A stretch of 55,719 nt of DNA from an uncultured Verrucomicrobiota bacterium (lineage in GTDB: Bacteria; Verrucomicrobiota; Verrucomicrobiia; Limisphaerales; CAIMTB01). The stretch is taken from contig CAIMTB010000301.1 of assembly GCA_903844265.1 (NCBI GenBank), positions 1 to 55,719 of the forward strand, given 5' to 3'. Position numbers and translations under genes: made by a program. Positions 9,299 to 18,470 of this stretch are shown piece after piece. The notes beneath the pieces are model-generated. The model was not told the DNA's origin. It saw nothing but the letters and a program-made list of their open reading frames with translations, and searched no databases. How positions within the stretch are numbered: position 1 is the stretch's first letter; the number at the start of each line of letters is the position of its first letter.

Positions 9299-10567
9299 AT
9301 GCAACCGTTCGCATTGTGGGTACTCGGGCTCATCGTGGTTCGATGGGCGGCGCAGGTCGGGCTCGAATGGCTGAACCGCCGTCATGTCGTCGCGCACTCG
9401 GGGGCGGTGCCGCCGGCATTCCGCGAAACGATGGACGTGTCGACCTACGCGAGGGCGGTTGACTACACGCTGGCCCGGAACCGCTTCGCGACCCTCGAAC
9501 TGACCTGGGGCACGGTGGTTCTCCTGGGAGTGCTGTTCTCGGGAGTCCTGCCGCGCGTCTGGCAGGCCTGGGCGGATCTCGCCGGGACTTCGGCGTGGGC
9601 GATGGCGTCGGGATTGTTCCTGATCGGCGTGGGATTGTCGTTGCCGGGATTGCCGCTCGACGTGTGGGAGCAGTTCCGACTCGAGCAGCGGTTTGGGTTC
9701 AACACGACGACTCCGGGCACGTGGGTTCTCGATCGTCTGAAATCCTTGGTGCTTGGGGCGCTGCTCGGGATTCCCCTGTTGGCGCTGCTGGTGGCGTTGG
9801 TGAAGTGGACCGGTTCGGCGTGGTGGCTGTGGGGGTGGGGTGCGCTTTTCGCCTTCCAGTGTGTGATGCTGGTCGTGGCGCCTGTCGTGATCATGCCGTT
9901 GTTCAACAAGTTCACGCCGCTTCCTGAGGGAACGCTCCGTTCCCGATTGCTGGCGTTGGCGGAACGCACCGGCTTCCTGGCGCGCGCCATCGAGGTGATG
10001 GACGGCAGCCGACGATCACGGCACGCGAATGCCTTTTTCACGGGACTCGGGCGATTCCGGAAGATCGTCCTGTTCGACACGCTGATCAGCCAGTTGTCCG
10101 AGCCGGAACTTGAGGCGGTGCTGGCCCACGAGATCGGGCATTACCGCTTGCGGCATGTGCCGAAGCTTGTGGCCTGGTCGGCGGTGATGACTTTTGCCGG
10201 GTTTGCGGTGATTGCGTGGATTGCGGGCCAGTCGTGGTTCTTTGCGGCGTTCGGGTTTGGCGCGACGTCGGTCCCGGTGGCGTTGCTGCTGTTTGCGCTG
10301 GTGTCCGATGCGGTGACGTTCTGGTTCTCGCCGCTGAGCCATGTGCTGTCGCGGAAGTTCGAGTATCAGGCCGATGCCTTTGCCTCTGCCGCGGTGGGCG
10401 AGGCCGGATCGCTCATCGCCGCCCTGCGAAAGCTCCACGAGAAAAATCTCTCGAACCTCACCCCGCACCCGCTCTACAGCGGCTTCCACTATTCACACCC
10501 GACATTGCTCGAGCGCGAGGCAGCGCTCCGCAGAGTCCCGCTCAGTCGACTTCCACCACCGCCTTGA
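9299..10567 (+). CDS. M48-family zinc metalloprotease (Ste24/CAAX-prenyl-protease-like)
   Basis: ORF 8612..10567 trimmed to ATG 9299 (MQPFALWVLG...). The extension overlaps the TSUP gene in another frame. Multi-TM N-terminus, HEIGHYRLRH (HExxH) motif, downstream EYQADAF. Confidence 0.85.
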   Translation: MQPFALWVLGLIVVRWAAQVGLEWLNRRHVVAHSGAVPPAFRETMDVSTYARAVDYTLARNRFATLELTWGTVVLLGVLFSGVLPRVWQAWADLAGTSAWAMASGLFLIGVGLSLPGLPLDVWEQFRLEQRFGFNTTTPGTWVLDRLKSLVLGALLGIPLLALLVALVKWTGSAWWLWGWGALFAFQCVMLVVAPVVIMPLFNKFTPLPEGTLRSRLLALAERTGFLARAIEVMDGSRRSRHANAFFTGLGRFRKIVLFDTLISQLSEPELEAVLAHEIGHYRLRHVPKLVAWSAVMTFAGFAVIAWIAGQSWFFAAFGFGATSVPVALLLFALVSDAVTFWFSPLSHVLSRKFEYQADAFASAAVGEAGSLIAALRKLHEKNLSNLTPHPLYSGFHYSHPTLLEREAALRRVPLSRLPPPP

Positions 10568-11570
10568 TCACGCCGGTTTCGGGGCGTGCAAAGACGGGCA
10601 GGTCCTGGCCGAGCCGGTCGAAGTTGGTGCGATGCGTGATCCATGGACGTGTGTCGATGCGGCCTTCCTCAATGAGCCCAATGATGCGGGTGAAGTCGTC
10701 GGGCAGCGCGTTGCGCGAGGCGAGCAGGGTGAGCTCGCGGCGATGCAGCACGGGCGCGTGTGGGAATGAAAGTTCAGCCTGGGTGATTCCGACGTAGACC
10801 ACGCGTCCGCCAAACGCGGTCAACTCGAGGCACCGGCTCATCGAGCGGTTGCTTCCGGTGGCGTCGATGACGGCGTGCGCGAGTTCGCCATTCGTCAGGT
10901 CGCTCAAGGCGCCGAGACCGCCGTCTTCGCCGGTCGCAAGAATCGTGTGCTGGATGCCCATGGCGCGCCGGCAGAATTCGAGGCGCGATTCAACGAGGTC
11001 CACCACCACCAACCGCGCCCCGGTGAGTCTGACGAATTCGATCACAGACAGGCCGATGGGTCCCGCGCCGAGCACGAGCACGGTTTCCCGGGAATCGGGG
11101 TTCGCGCGATTCACCGCGTGGCATCCGATGGCGAGGGTCTCGACGAGCGCGAGTTGTTCAGGCGCGAGACGGGTCGAGGGATGCAGCTTGCGGGCGGGGA
11201 CGATGAACCTGGGACGGAGGCCGCCGTCGGTGTGGACCCCGAGCACCTTCAGGTTCTCGCAGCAGTTGGTCCGGCCGCGGCGACAGGCGGAACACGACTG
11301 GCAGTTGATGTAGGGTTCGACGGAACATCGGTTTCCGGCGGCCACATTCGTGACGCCGTCGCCGACAGCGAGCACCTCAACGCCCAGTTCGTGCCCCGGA
11401 ATCCTCGGGTAGGAAAAGAACGGCATCTTGCCCATCCACCCCGAGTAATCGGTCCCGCAGATTCCGACGCGATGGACGCGCACGAGGGCATCGCCGGGCC
11501 CGGGAGCCTGGGGCTCGGGGAGGTCGAGCAAACGGAGCGTCAGGGGTTTCTCGAACTGGATCGCGCGCAT
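10542..11570 (-). CDS. Zinc-binding medium-chain dehydrogenase/reductase (threonine/sorbitol dehydrogenase-like)
   Basis: GICGTDYS...GHELGVEV catalytic-zinc motif. Structural-zinc Cys cluster CQSCSACRRGRTNCC. GAGPIGL Rossmann motif. Confidence 0.85.
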   Translation of the reverse strand: MRAIQFEKPLTLRLLDLPEPQAPGPGDALVRVHRVGICGTDYSGWMGKMPFFSYPRIPGHELGVEVLAVGDGVTNVAAGNRCSVEPYINCQSCSACRRGRTNCCENLKVLGVHTDGGLRPRFIVPARKLHPSTRLAPEQLALVETLAIGCHAVNRANPDSRETVLVLGAGPIGLSVIEFVRLTGARLVVVDLVESRLEFCRRAMGIQHTILATGEDGGLGALSDLTNGELAHAVIDATGSNRSMSRCLELTAFGGRVVYVGITQAELSFPHAPVLHRRELTLLASRNALPDDFTRIIGLIEEGRIDTRPWITHRTNFDRLGQDLPVFARPETGVIKAVVEVD

Positions 11571-11611
11571 CGGGTCATCGTGCGAAACCAGCGCAGGCGG
11601 GGCAATACCGG

Positions 11612-12970
11612 TCAGCGTTTGGCCTGGGGGATCGGCTTCGGATTCTTCAGGTCAGGAGGCGGGTTGAACACCCATTCACCGTTGTGAAACTGCGCGGTTG
11701 AGATGGGGACGATGTTATCCCAGCGGCCGTCGAAGATCATGTGACCTGTGACGCCATCCCATTCGTCGAGCGACGCGAGATAATCGCGGACTCGATAGCG
11801 ATTCGGGCCCACCTGGCGGATGGCCTCGATCATGAGGCGCGCCCCGTCGTAGCCATACGCGGCGTAGACATCGGGTTTTTCGCCGTAACGCCGTTCGAAG
11901 CGGCGGACGAAATCGACCCAGGGGCTGTCGGTGCGGCCGGGATTGGAGAAGTAGGTGATGGTGGTGCCCTCGGCTGCGGAGCCGGCTGTCTTCTTGAAGC
12001 CATCCTCCTTGAGCCGGTCGAAGCCGAAGAACTGTGCCTTCACGCCCTCGGTGCGGAGCCTGGCCGCGAGGCGGCCGATGTCCTCGGGTTGTCCGTAGAA
12101 CACGACGGCATCGACGTTGGCGGCCTTGATGCCCTCGATCTGGGTGTCCACGTCGGCCGCGCCGGGCCTGTAGTTGAAGTGCTGGACCGGCGGATGCCCG
12201 AGACGACGGATGTAGTTCGCGAAGTGCATCACGCCAACGCGTCCGGGCCGGCTGTCCTCGCGTAGGATGGCGACCCTCTCGCAACCGCGCTCGCGCATGG
12301 CCAGCAGCGCGAGGCGGAAACATTGCTGCCGGTCGTCGGGAAACACCCGCGTCAGCCACGGGATCTGTGTCTCGGTCAATGTCGGATCGGGATCCGACGT
12401 GTTGATCATGTACGTCTCGATCTTGAGCGCCACACGAAGGGCGACGTGTGTGGCGTCACCGTCAATGGTGCCGAGGAATCCGAGCACGTCCTCGTCCTTG
12501 AATTCCACGGCGATGTTGGCCGCGCTCCCCCACTGCGGGGAGTCCTCCTTGTAGACCAGCTCGAACGGGAGTTGGTCGGGGCGCCGGGCCTTCTCCGCCT
12601 CGATGAAGGCGAGTTCGATCCCCTTCTTGGTCCGCTCGCCCCGCGGGCCTTCCGGGCCCTTGCGGTTGGGGCTCAGCAGACCGACACGGAGGGTTTTCAG
12701 ACCCTTGGGATCGGGGTAGGCGGCGCCCGGCCCGCGGAATGGGAGCCGGGTGGTCCAGTAGCGGAAGTAAGGTTCGATGCCGCGGAACGGGATGAGTTCC
12801 TCGGGCGTGTTGGCGTAGTAGGGATACGCCCGCTCCGCAGGCGCGGAGTTGTCGGCGATGAGGCCGGATGGATCGGGCGTGACGGAGTTCGTCGGAGCGC
12901 CTCCCATCGACACGGGACAAGCGAGAACCGCGGCGAGGGAAGCTAGAATTGCAATCGCAAGCTTTGGCAT
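11612..12970 (-). CDS. Periplasmic solute-binding lipoprotein, LivK/Peripla_BP_6-like (orphan, no adjacent permease)
   Basis: Signal peptide with lipobox AVLAC. Type-1 periplasmic binding fold features across 452 aa. Confidence 0.75.
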   Translation of the reverse strand: MPKLAIAILASLAAVLACPVSMGGAPTNSVTPDPSGLIADNSAPAERAYPYYANTPEELIPFRGIEPYFRYWTTRLPFRGPGAAYPDPKGLKTLRVGLLSPNRKGPEGPRGERTKKGIELAFIEAEKARRPDQLPFELVYKEDSPQWGSAANIAVEFKDEDVLGFLGTIDGDATHVALRVALKIETYMINTSDPDPTLTETQIPWLTRVFPDDRQQCFRLALLAMRERGCERVAILREDSRPGRVGVMHFANYIRRLGHPPVQHFNYRPGAADVDTQIEGIKAANVDAVVFYGQPEDIGRLAARLRTEGVKAQFFGFDRLKEDGFKKTAGSAAEGTTITYFSNPGRTDSPWVDFVRRFERRYGEKPDVYAAYGYDGARLMIEAIRQVGPNRYRVRDYLASLDEWDGVTGHMIFDGRWDNIVPISTAQFHNGEWVFNPPPDLKNPKPIPQAKR

Positions 12971-13018
12971 CGCGTGGACGGCTGGAGATGGGTGTCGGCG
13001 TGGGCGGAGCTCAGGATC

Positions 13019-13573
13019 TCACGAGGGCTGGAGGAGCATCGCGATGGCCTCGATTTCGACGAGCAGATCGCTTCGGCAGATGCGGGCCTGAATGGCGGTG
13101 CTGGCAGGAAACGGATCCAGTCCCAGCGCGCGGAAGAACTCGTTCCGGACGTCGTTGAACTCGTCGTAGTCGCGTTCGATGTCGCGGATGTAGCACGTGG
13201 TGCGGACGATGTCCTTCCAGGTGGCGCCCTCGGCCTCGAGCAGTCGGGTGATGTTGAGGTAGGTGCGCCAGAGTTGTGCCCGGAAGTCGCCGGGATGCAG
13301 CGTCTCGCCATTTTCGCCGACGCTGGCGGTGCCGCTGATGAGCAGTTGGGTGACGCCGCCGGGCAGTTCGAGGCGGAGGCCGCGGCTGAAGGCGCTGCCG
13401 TACTCGGGAGCCTCGTTGAGCACACTGGGGGCGCAGATCGCCGTCATCCGGACGACAGGGCGTGACCCGGTGTCGGGCTTGAGGATGCCGGCGGGCGCGG
13501 GTTCGCAGTGCGGAAGGCCCATGGCGCGGCGTTCGAGTTTCTCGGCGTTGGAATAGTTCACGGCAGGTTCCAT
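13019..13573 (-). CDS. RidA/YjgF/TdcF-family (Rid) protein with N-terminal extension
   Basis: C-terminal 130 aa look Rid-like (ISGTASV..., TTCYIRDIERDYDEFNDV, ASTAIQARICRSDLLVEIEAIAM). Start ambiguous: ATG 13573 or ATG 13621. Confidence 0.65.
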   Translation of the reverse strand: MEPAVNYSNAEKLERRAMGLPHCEPAPAGILKPDTGSRPVVRMTAICAPSVLNEAPEYGSAFSRGLRLELPGGVTQLLISGTASVGENGETLHPGDFRAQLWRTYLNITRLLEAEGATWKDIVRTTCYIRDIERDYDEFNDVRNEFFRALGLDPFPASTAIQARICRSDLLVEIEAIAMLLQPS

Positions 13574-13681
13574 GGTAATGTCTGTGTCAGTCGAGAGAGT
13601 GGCGGGAGCCGCAGGATGCATGGCTTCGGTGTCCCTCGGGGATTAAGTTTGGTCGAGTGTTTAGGGGTGAAAGACTGAAGG

Positions 13682-14854
13682 TCAGGGATTCGACGCGGGC
13701 GTGACGCCGGGGCCCTTCGCGAGGATTCCCCGGCTGAGTCCGTCGGCTGTGGCGATCCACGCTTCGGTGTCGTCGGTCCAGATGCCGAGGACGAATCCGT
13801 TGACCAGCGAGGTGGTCATGGTGCGGTGCTCGACAGGTACGCCGGGCCGATGGATGTCGACGAGGCCCTGACCTTTTTCCCCGGGCAGATAGTTGACCCA
13901 GGTGTCGCCGTCCGTGACGGACAGGCCTTTGTCGGTGCCAATCCAGGCGGCGCGATTCCGGGCCCAGACGAATTGGGCGAAGTTCGAGGGCAACGGGGAT
14001 TTGCCTTCGACCCACGTCTTCCACTTGCTGCCGTCGTATCGCGAGCAGCCGAAGTAGGTGGTCTGCCAGAGGACGCCGTCGTCGATGGCGATCCAGGACG
14101 TGACGTCGTTGATCGGGCCGTCGTCTGGGACGAGGTCATAATGGAAATCGCCGTCGGGGTCGCGGTATTCCTTGAAGGTACCGCGGGCCGGGTCGTGCTC
14201 GACGATGCCACCGCCCCAGACGCCGATGTAGACGCGGTCATTGGCGCCCTTGACGGAATAGCACCAGGGCTCGTGCATGGCGGCGTTCTTGTGGTCGTAG
14301 ATGGCCCATTCGCCGGACCTGAGGTTGAGATCGCCGGTGCCTGCGGCGGTCGCGGCCCAGACGTGGTTGCTGTACACGTCGACGCCGTAGACCACGTTGT
14401 TGGGGAGGCCGCTGTCGGTCTGGAGGTAGCCGGTGATGCGACCGGCGGAGAAACGGTTGAGGCCGCGCATGGTGCCGATCCAGATGTCGCCGGTCCGTGT
14501 GTCCTCGGCGAGACAGAGGACCATCTTCTGGGTGAGGCCGTCGGCGGTGGTGTACCGCTTGAATTTGTTGCCCTCGCGGACGAGCAGGCCCTCCCAGGTG
14601 CCGACCCAGAGCCGGCCGTCGGAGGCCTTCAGGACGCAATGGACCTTGTGGCCCAGGAGTCCGTCGGCCTCGCCCAGGTTCTCGAATCTCTCGATGAGCG
14701 GAAACGGGAGCGGCGCAGGAATCGCGGCGTCGGCTGCAGCCGTTCGGGGCGTCGGGGCGAGCAAGAACAGCATCGCGAGTGCACGGAGAGGCGCGCGGCC
14801 CGCCCGGGCCACGGTGTCGCGAAGAAATGCGGGCAAGATAGGCGACGGGTTCAC
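13682..14854 (-). CDS. Secreted Reg_prop-type (two-component-regulator propeller) beta-propeller protein
   Basis: ORF 13682..15358 trimmed to GTG 14852-14854, which overlaps the upstream stop as GTGA (alternative ATG 14773). Seven W[IV]GT..GL-type blades (LWVGTWEGLLV, IWIGTMRGLNRF, VYIGVWGGGIV, AWIGTDKGLSV, AWIATADGLSRG). Confidence 0.65.
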   Translation of the reverse strand: MNPSPILPAFLRDTVARAGRAPLRALAMLFLLAPTPRTAAADAAIPAPLPFPLIERFENLGEADGLLGHKVHCVLKASDGRLWVGTWEGLLVREGNKFKRYTTADGLTQKMVLCLAEDTRTGDIWIGTMRGLNRFSAGRITGYLQTDSGLPNNVVYGVDVYSNHVWAATAAGTGDLNLRSGEWAIYDHKNAAMHEPWCYSVKGANDRVYIGVWGGGIVEHDPARGTFKEYRDPDGDFHYDLVPDDGPINDVTSWIAIDDGVLWQTTYFGCSRYDGSKWKTWVEGKSPLPSNFAQFVWARNRAAWIGTDKGLSVTDGDTWVNYLPGEKGQGLVDIHRPGVPVEHRTMTTSLVNGFVLGIWTDDTEAWIATADGLSRGILAKGPGVTPASNP

Positions 14855-16917
14855 AGCGTCTTCAGGTATTCCACGAGTTCGTTGAGCTGTTGTTTGGACA
14901 TGTAACTGCTCACGCCGTGGAGGTCGTTGGTTTGGTAGAGGGTCCAGAGTTCCTCGAGGCTCTTGGCGCGGCCGTCGTGCAGATACGGCGCGGAAGCCGC
15001 AATGCCAAGGAGATGGGGCGTGTCGAATTCGTCGGTCGAATCCTGGGGTGCGCGGGTTCCGACCGAGGCCTTGGCGCGATTGGTGTACAACGGCGGCCGA
15101 TGGCAGGTGGAACAACGGCGCTCGGGCGGGATCGGCTTTCCGTCCGAGGTCTGGACCGCGAAGAAAAGCAGACGCCCGCGTTCGCGGGTCTGGGTCCATT
15201 CGGTGTCCTGGACATGGCGGGTCCTGGGCGGGGGCATCGATTCGACGAAGTGGGTGAGATTGTCGAGCTGCTCGCCGTCGAAGGGGTCGGTGCGCATGAG
15301 AACCTTGGCGAAGCGCGGGCCGCACTGGACCTTGAGGCTGGGGTTCTTGCCGCTCCACTTGAAGGGCCAGGTGCCGGCGACGCCCTGGAGCGAGCGGTTG
15401 TCGAGGAGGTTGTCACCGATGCCATCGCCGTCGAAGTCGTAGTTCAGACCGTCGACGTGTCCGTCCGGGTGGCAGGAGCGGCACGAGAACTGGCCTTGGA
15501 ATGTCTTTCCCGCCCAGGTGAACAGGCGTTCGCCTCGCCGGATGGGGTCCGATTCGCCGCCGTCGCCGAGGACGACGCGACCCACCGCGGCGAGGTTCGT
15601 GGTGTTGATGACGAGGATCGAATCCTGGAGACGCTCGGCGATGAAGAGACGTGAGCCGTCGGGGGAGAGCGCGAGTTGGCGTGGGTTGCGCCGGGTGGGA
15701 ATGCGGGCGGCGACATACTGTGACGACAATTCGAGGTCGTGGATCGCGGTGCGCTTGGCGGCGTCGTCGGATTGGGCGAGCCAGTTCGCGAGGCGATCGA
15801 GGTCGATCACGCTCACGGTGTCGCCGCCTCCGGAGGCGAGGTAGGCGCGATGTCCCTCGGGATCCACGACCAGCCCGGCCGGGTCCGCGAAGTATCGGTT
15901 CGCCTCGTCGATGGGGACCTGGACGACGTTGTTACCCTCGGTGTCCGTGATGGCGAGGCCGCTCGTCATGACCCAGCCGCGAGCGACCTGGGTGATGGGG
16001 ACGAGGTTGCGGACGCGGACCATCGCGGTGAGCACCCAGGATCGTGAGGGGACGGGGACGGTGGCCTCGGAGAGATGGGCGGATATCAGGCGTGGGCGGG
16101 CGAGGACGCGTTGCCTGCCGGGATCAATGACGGTGAGTTCGGATGCGGGCGGGCGATCGATGCCCGGCATTTCAGCGAGGCGGGCGGAGACGTAGGCACG
16201 GGAGCCGTCGCTCGAGACGCCGACCCCGTAAGGCTCGCGTCCGGTGGTGAGGCGGACGGTCTCCTGGAGCGGCGCGGTCCTCAGGATCGAAGCGTCGTCG
16301 GAGATGGTGTTGGCGACGACCAGTTGGATTCCATTCGTGGTCTTGAGGCACCCGATTCCGACCGGGGCGATGCCGACGAAGGCGGATTCGGCTTCGGTGA
16401 AAGGGTCGAGGTCAAGGCGCGCCACGCGATCGCCGGAGCGGCAGGTGACGAAGAGGGAGGAGCCGTCAGGATGAAGGGCCAGTCCGGTGGGCTCGCCGGC
16501 GACGTGGGCGCGGCGGAGGACACGGAGGGTGTCGATCTTCACCTCGGCAATTTCGTCGAGTTCGGGCAGGGCGACGTAGAGGCGGGAGTTGTCGCGTGTG
16601 ACGACGAGCCCGGCGGGCGAGGGATGGCGTGGGTGGGGCTTGGCCCAGGGCAGTGCGTTGGTGGTTTCGCCGTGGCAATTCCGGCAACTGACATTGGAGA
16701 TGTCCTGCATCCCTGACTTCTCGCGGACGTGGTCGATGTCGCGCTTGGGCAATCCGAGTCCGGCCATGCCAATGACGTCGAGGACACGGATGCGCGTGGT
16801 ACGTCGGAATTTGAGCGGCGTGCTTCGCCAGGCCATCGCGACAACAATGGCGACCACCGCGAGGCCAATGGCCGCGGTGATCAGGGGTGTTCGGAGTCGC
16901 TTTCCCCGTCGGTTCAT
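14851..16917 (-). CDS. Membrane-anchored tri-haem protein: CXXCH + YVTN-like beta-propeller + di-haem cytochrome c peroxidase/MauG-like domain
   Basis: N-terminal TM helix. CRNCH (16672-16686), CRSCH (15469-15483), CSTCH (15100-15114). CCP-type motif FDTPHLLGIAASAPYLHDGRAKSLEEL. Propeller blades (SRLYVALPE, GSSLFVTCRSGDRV, GSRAYVSA, GHRAYLASGGGDTVSVIDL, GSRLFIAERLQDSILVI). Confidence 0.8.
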   Translation of the reverse strand: MNRRGKRLRTPLITAAIGLAVVAIVVAMAWRSTPLKFRRTTRIRVLDVIGMAGLGLPKRDIDHVREKSGMQDISNVSCRNCHGETTNALPWAKPHPRHPSPAGLVVTRDNSRLYVALPELDEIAEVKIDTLRVLRRAHVAGEPTGLALHPDGSSLFVTCRSGDRVARLDLDPFTEAESAFVGIAPVGIGCLKTTNGIQLVVANTISDDASILRTAPLQETVRLTTGREPYGVGVSSDGSRAYVSARLAEMPGIDRPPASELTVIDPGRQRVLARPRLISAHLSEATVPVPSRSWVLTAMVRVRNLVPITQVARGWVMTSGLAITDTEGNNVVQVPIDEANRYFADPAGLVVDPEGHRAYLASGGGDTVSVIDLDRLANWLAQSDDAAKRTAIHDLELSSQYVAARIPTRRNPRQLALSPDGSRLFIAERLQDSILVINTTNLAAVGRVVLGDGGESDPIRRGERLFTWAGKTFQGQFSCRSCHPDGHVDGLNYDFDGDGIGDNLLDNRSLQGVAGTWPFKWSGKNPSLKVQCGPRFAKVLMRTDPFDGEQLDNLTHFVESMPPPRTRHVQDTEWTQTRERGRLLFFAVQTSDGKPIPPERRCSTCHRPPLYTNRAKASVGTRAPQDSTDEFDTPHLLGIAASAPYLHDGRAKSLEELWTLYQTNDLHGVSSYMSKQQLNELVEYLKTL

Positions 16918-18470
16918 GGGCTTTGCGTGAGGTCCGATCGCGCGGGTAGGAGTTTGACCGGCGGTTCGCGGACCGCGAGGGGCCGATTGTTTTCAGGGGC
17001 GCGATTGTGCGGCTCGTGACAGCCCACGCAGGAGCGGTTCTCACCGGGACGCAGCCAGAATGCAGGGGGACAGCGGCGCAGGATGTTGCGGTCGGCGTCG
17101 AGGAGTTCGATCGCCAGGGGGAGGTCGGCGGGGACCATGGCCATTGCCGAGCCGTCGGATTGCAATCGGACTTCACCGAGGATCCGGGGCACGTTGGGGG
17201 TGGGCCCGCCATAGGCGACGACGCGGAGATGGGTGCCGCGGTTCGTGGGATTGTTGGGTCCTTGAACCGGTCGATCGGAAAGGTGGGCGTCGAGGCACAG
17301 CAGGGTGGCATCGGTGCGCGTGGGATCGACATTCGACAGCCGGCCCAGGGGTCGGACCGGTCGGGTAGCCGAGATGGCCTCCACTTCGTTGCGCGTCGGA
17401 TCGTCGAAGACCGGCGTGCCCAGTCGCACGGTGCCTGCCGAGAGCCTGTAGACCGCGAAAGTCGCGAGCACGCGGTCCGGCCCCGTCTCCCGGAGGGTTG
17501 CGAGGAAGTTTCCGTCGTCGGTGGGCTCCACAGCCCGGCAGGGTGCGGCGATTTGAGGGAATGCGACCGAGCGGCTGCGGTAGGGTCGTGCAGCGAGGAC
17601 CTGCTCGATCCGGCCCTGCAGTGCGGGTCCGCCGGCGCCTGAGGACAGGAAAAGGATGCGCCCGTCGCGGGTTTCGCGAGGCCGACGGGTTGCGGTGGGG
17701 CCATCGTGCTGGCCGGCGTAGGGCGTGATCTCGGTGCCGTCGTTGTTGATCGTGAAGAGCGACGTGGCCGCCGGGGCTGAGCCCTCGGCTGTCGGGACAC
17801 CCGACACGAACAGAATCCGGCCATCGGCAAGCACCGTCGGGTCGGTCGCCGCAACCAGACCGTGGGTCAGTCGCGCCGGCGGTCCTCCGGTGATCGACTG
17901 CGTGAACAGTGCGGGGACGGCGGGCGCGGGGTGTGCGGCCGTGGCGGATCGTGGCACCGGCGAGCTGTAGACGAAGCGGCCGTTCGGCAGCCACGACGCC
18001 GCCATCGCGCCGCCCGGCTGCGACGTCAGCGGCTTCGGGATGCCACCCGCAAGTCCTGCCCGATACACCTGCCAAGCCTGGCTCATCTCGGCTTTCCCGG
18101 CGAAGAGCACGTCGCGCCCGTCGGGTCCGAGCACCGGTCCGCCCGCGGCTCGCAGTCCCTGAGAGAGGACGATCACGCGATCAGGGCGATCTGGCTGGGG
18201 GACCAGAACCACACGACTACCGGCGGGATAAAGAAGATCGAGCGCGTCGCCGGGATTTTCGTGAACGCCGGCTTCGATGGGCGTCTGCGTGACGATCAAC
18301 GACGCATCGGAAACCGCGGGCCGGGCAGGACCGCAAGCGGTCGATAACACGAGCGCAACAGCCAGAAAGGCCGGTCCGAGGATGCGCGCCTGCCTTCGCG
18401 ACGGGACGCGTCCCGCGGGCTGCCAGGCGGGCCCGTTCAGGGCGCCGCGATGTCCGAGGGCGGCCTTCAT
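16914..18470 (-). CDS. Lipoprotein with PD40/TolB-like beta-propeller and C-terminal mono-haem module (HzsA-related-like)
   Basis: Lipobox LSTAC. PD40-like repeats (PDGRDVLFAG, LPNGRFVYSS, LADGRILFVSG, TRDGRILFLSS). C-terminal ...VPADLPLAIELLDADRNILRR...WLRPGENRSCVGCHE (CXXCH at 17016-17030). ATGA overlaps at both ends. Confidence 0.65.
   Translation of the reverse strand: MKAALGHRGALNGPAWQPAGRVPSRRQARILGPAFLAVALVLSTACGPARPAVSDASLIVTQTPIEAGVHENPGDALDLLYPAGSRVVLVPQPDRPDRVIVLSQGLRAAGGPVLGPDGRDVLFAGKAEMSQAWQVYRAGLAGGIPKPLTSQPGGAMAASWLPNGRFVYSSPVPRSATAAHPAPAVPALFTQSITGGPPARLTHGLVAATDPTVLADGRILFVSGVPTAEGSAPAATSLFTINNDGTEITPYAGQHDGPTATRRPRETRDGRILFLSSGAGGPALQGRIEQVLAARPYRSRSVAFPQIAAPCRAVEPTDDGNFLATLRETGPDRVLATFAVYRLSAGTVRLGTPVFDDPTRNEVEAISATRPVRPLGRLSNVDPTRTDATLLCLDAHLSDRPVQGPNNPTNRGTHLRVVAYGGPTPNVPRILGEVRLQSDGSAMAMVPADLPLAIELLDADRNILRRCPPAFWLRPGENRSCVGCHEPHNRAPENNRPLAVREPPVKLLPARSDLTQSP

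Noticed and set aside
10542-10567. 26-nt convergent overlap of the M48 protease and the Zn-dehydrogenase 3' ends
   Set aside because: The overlap is real but unremarkable in a compact high-GC genome. No evidence of regulatory significance.
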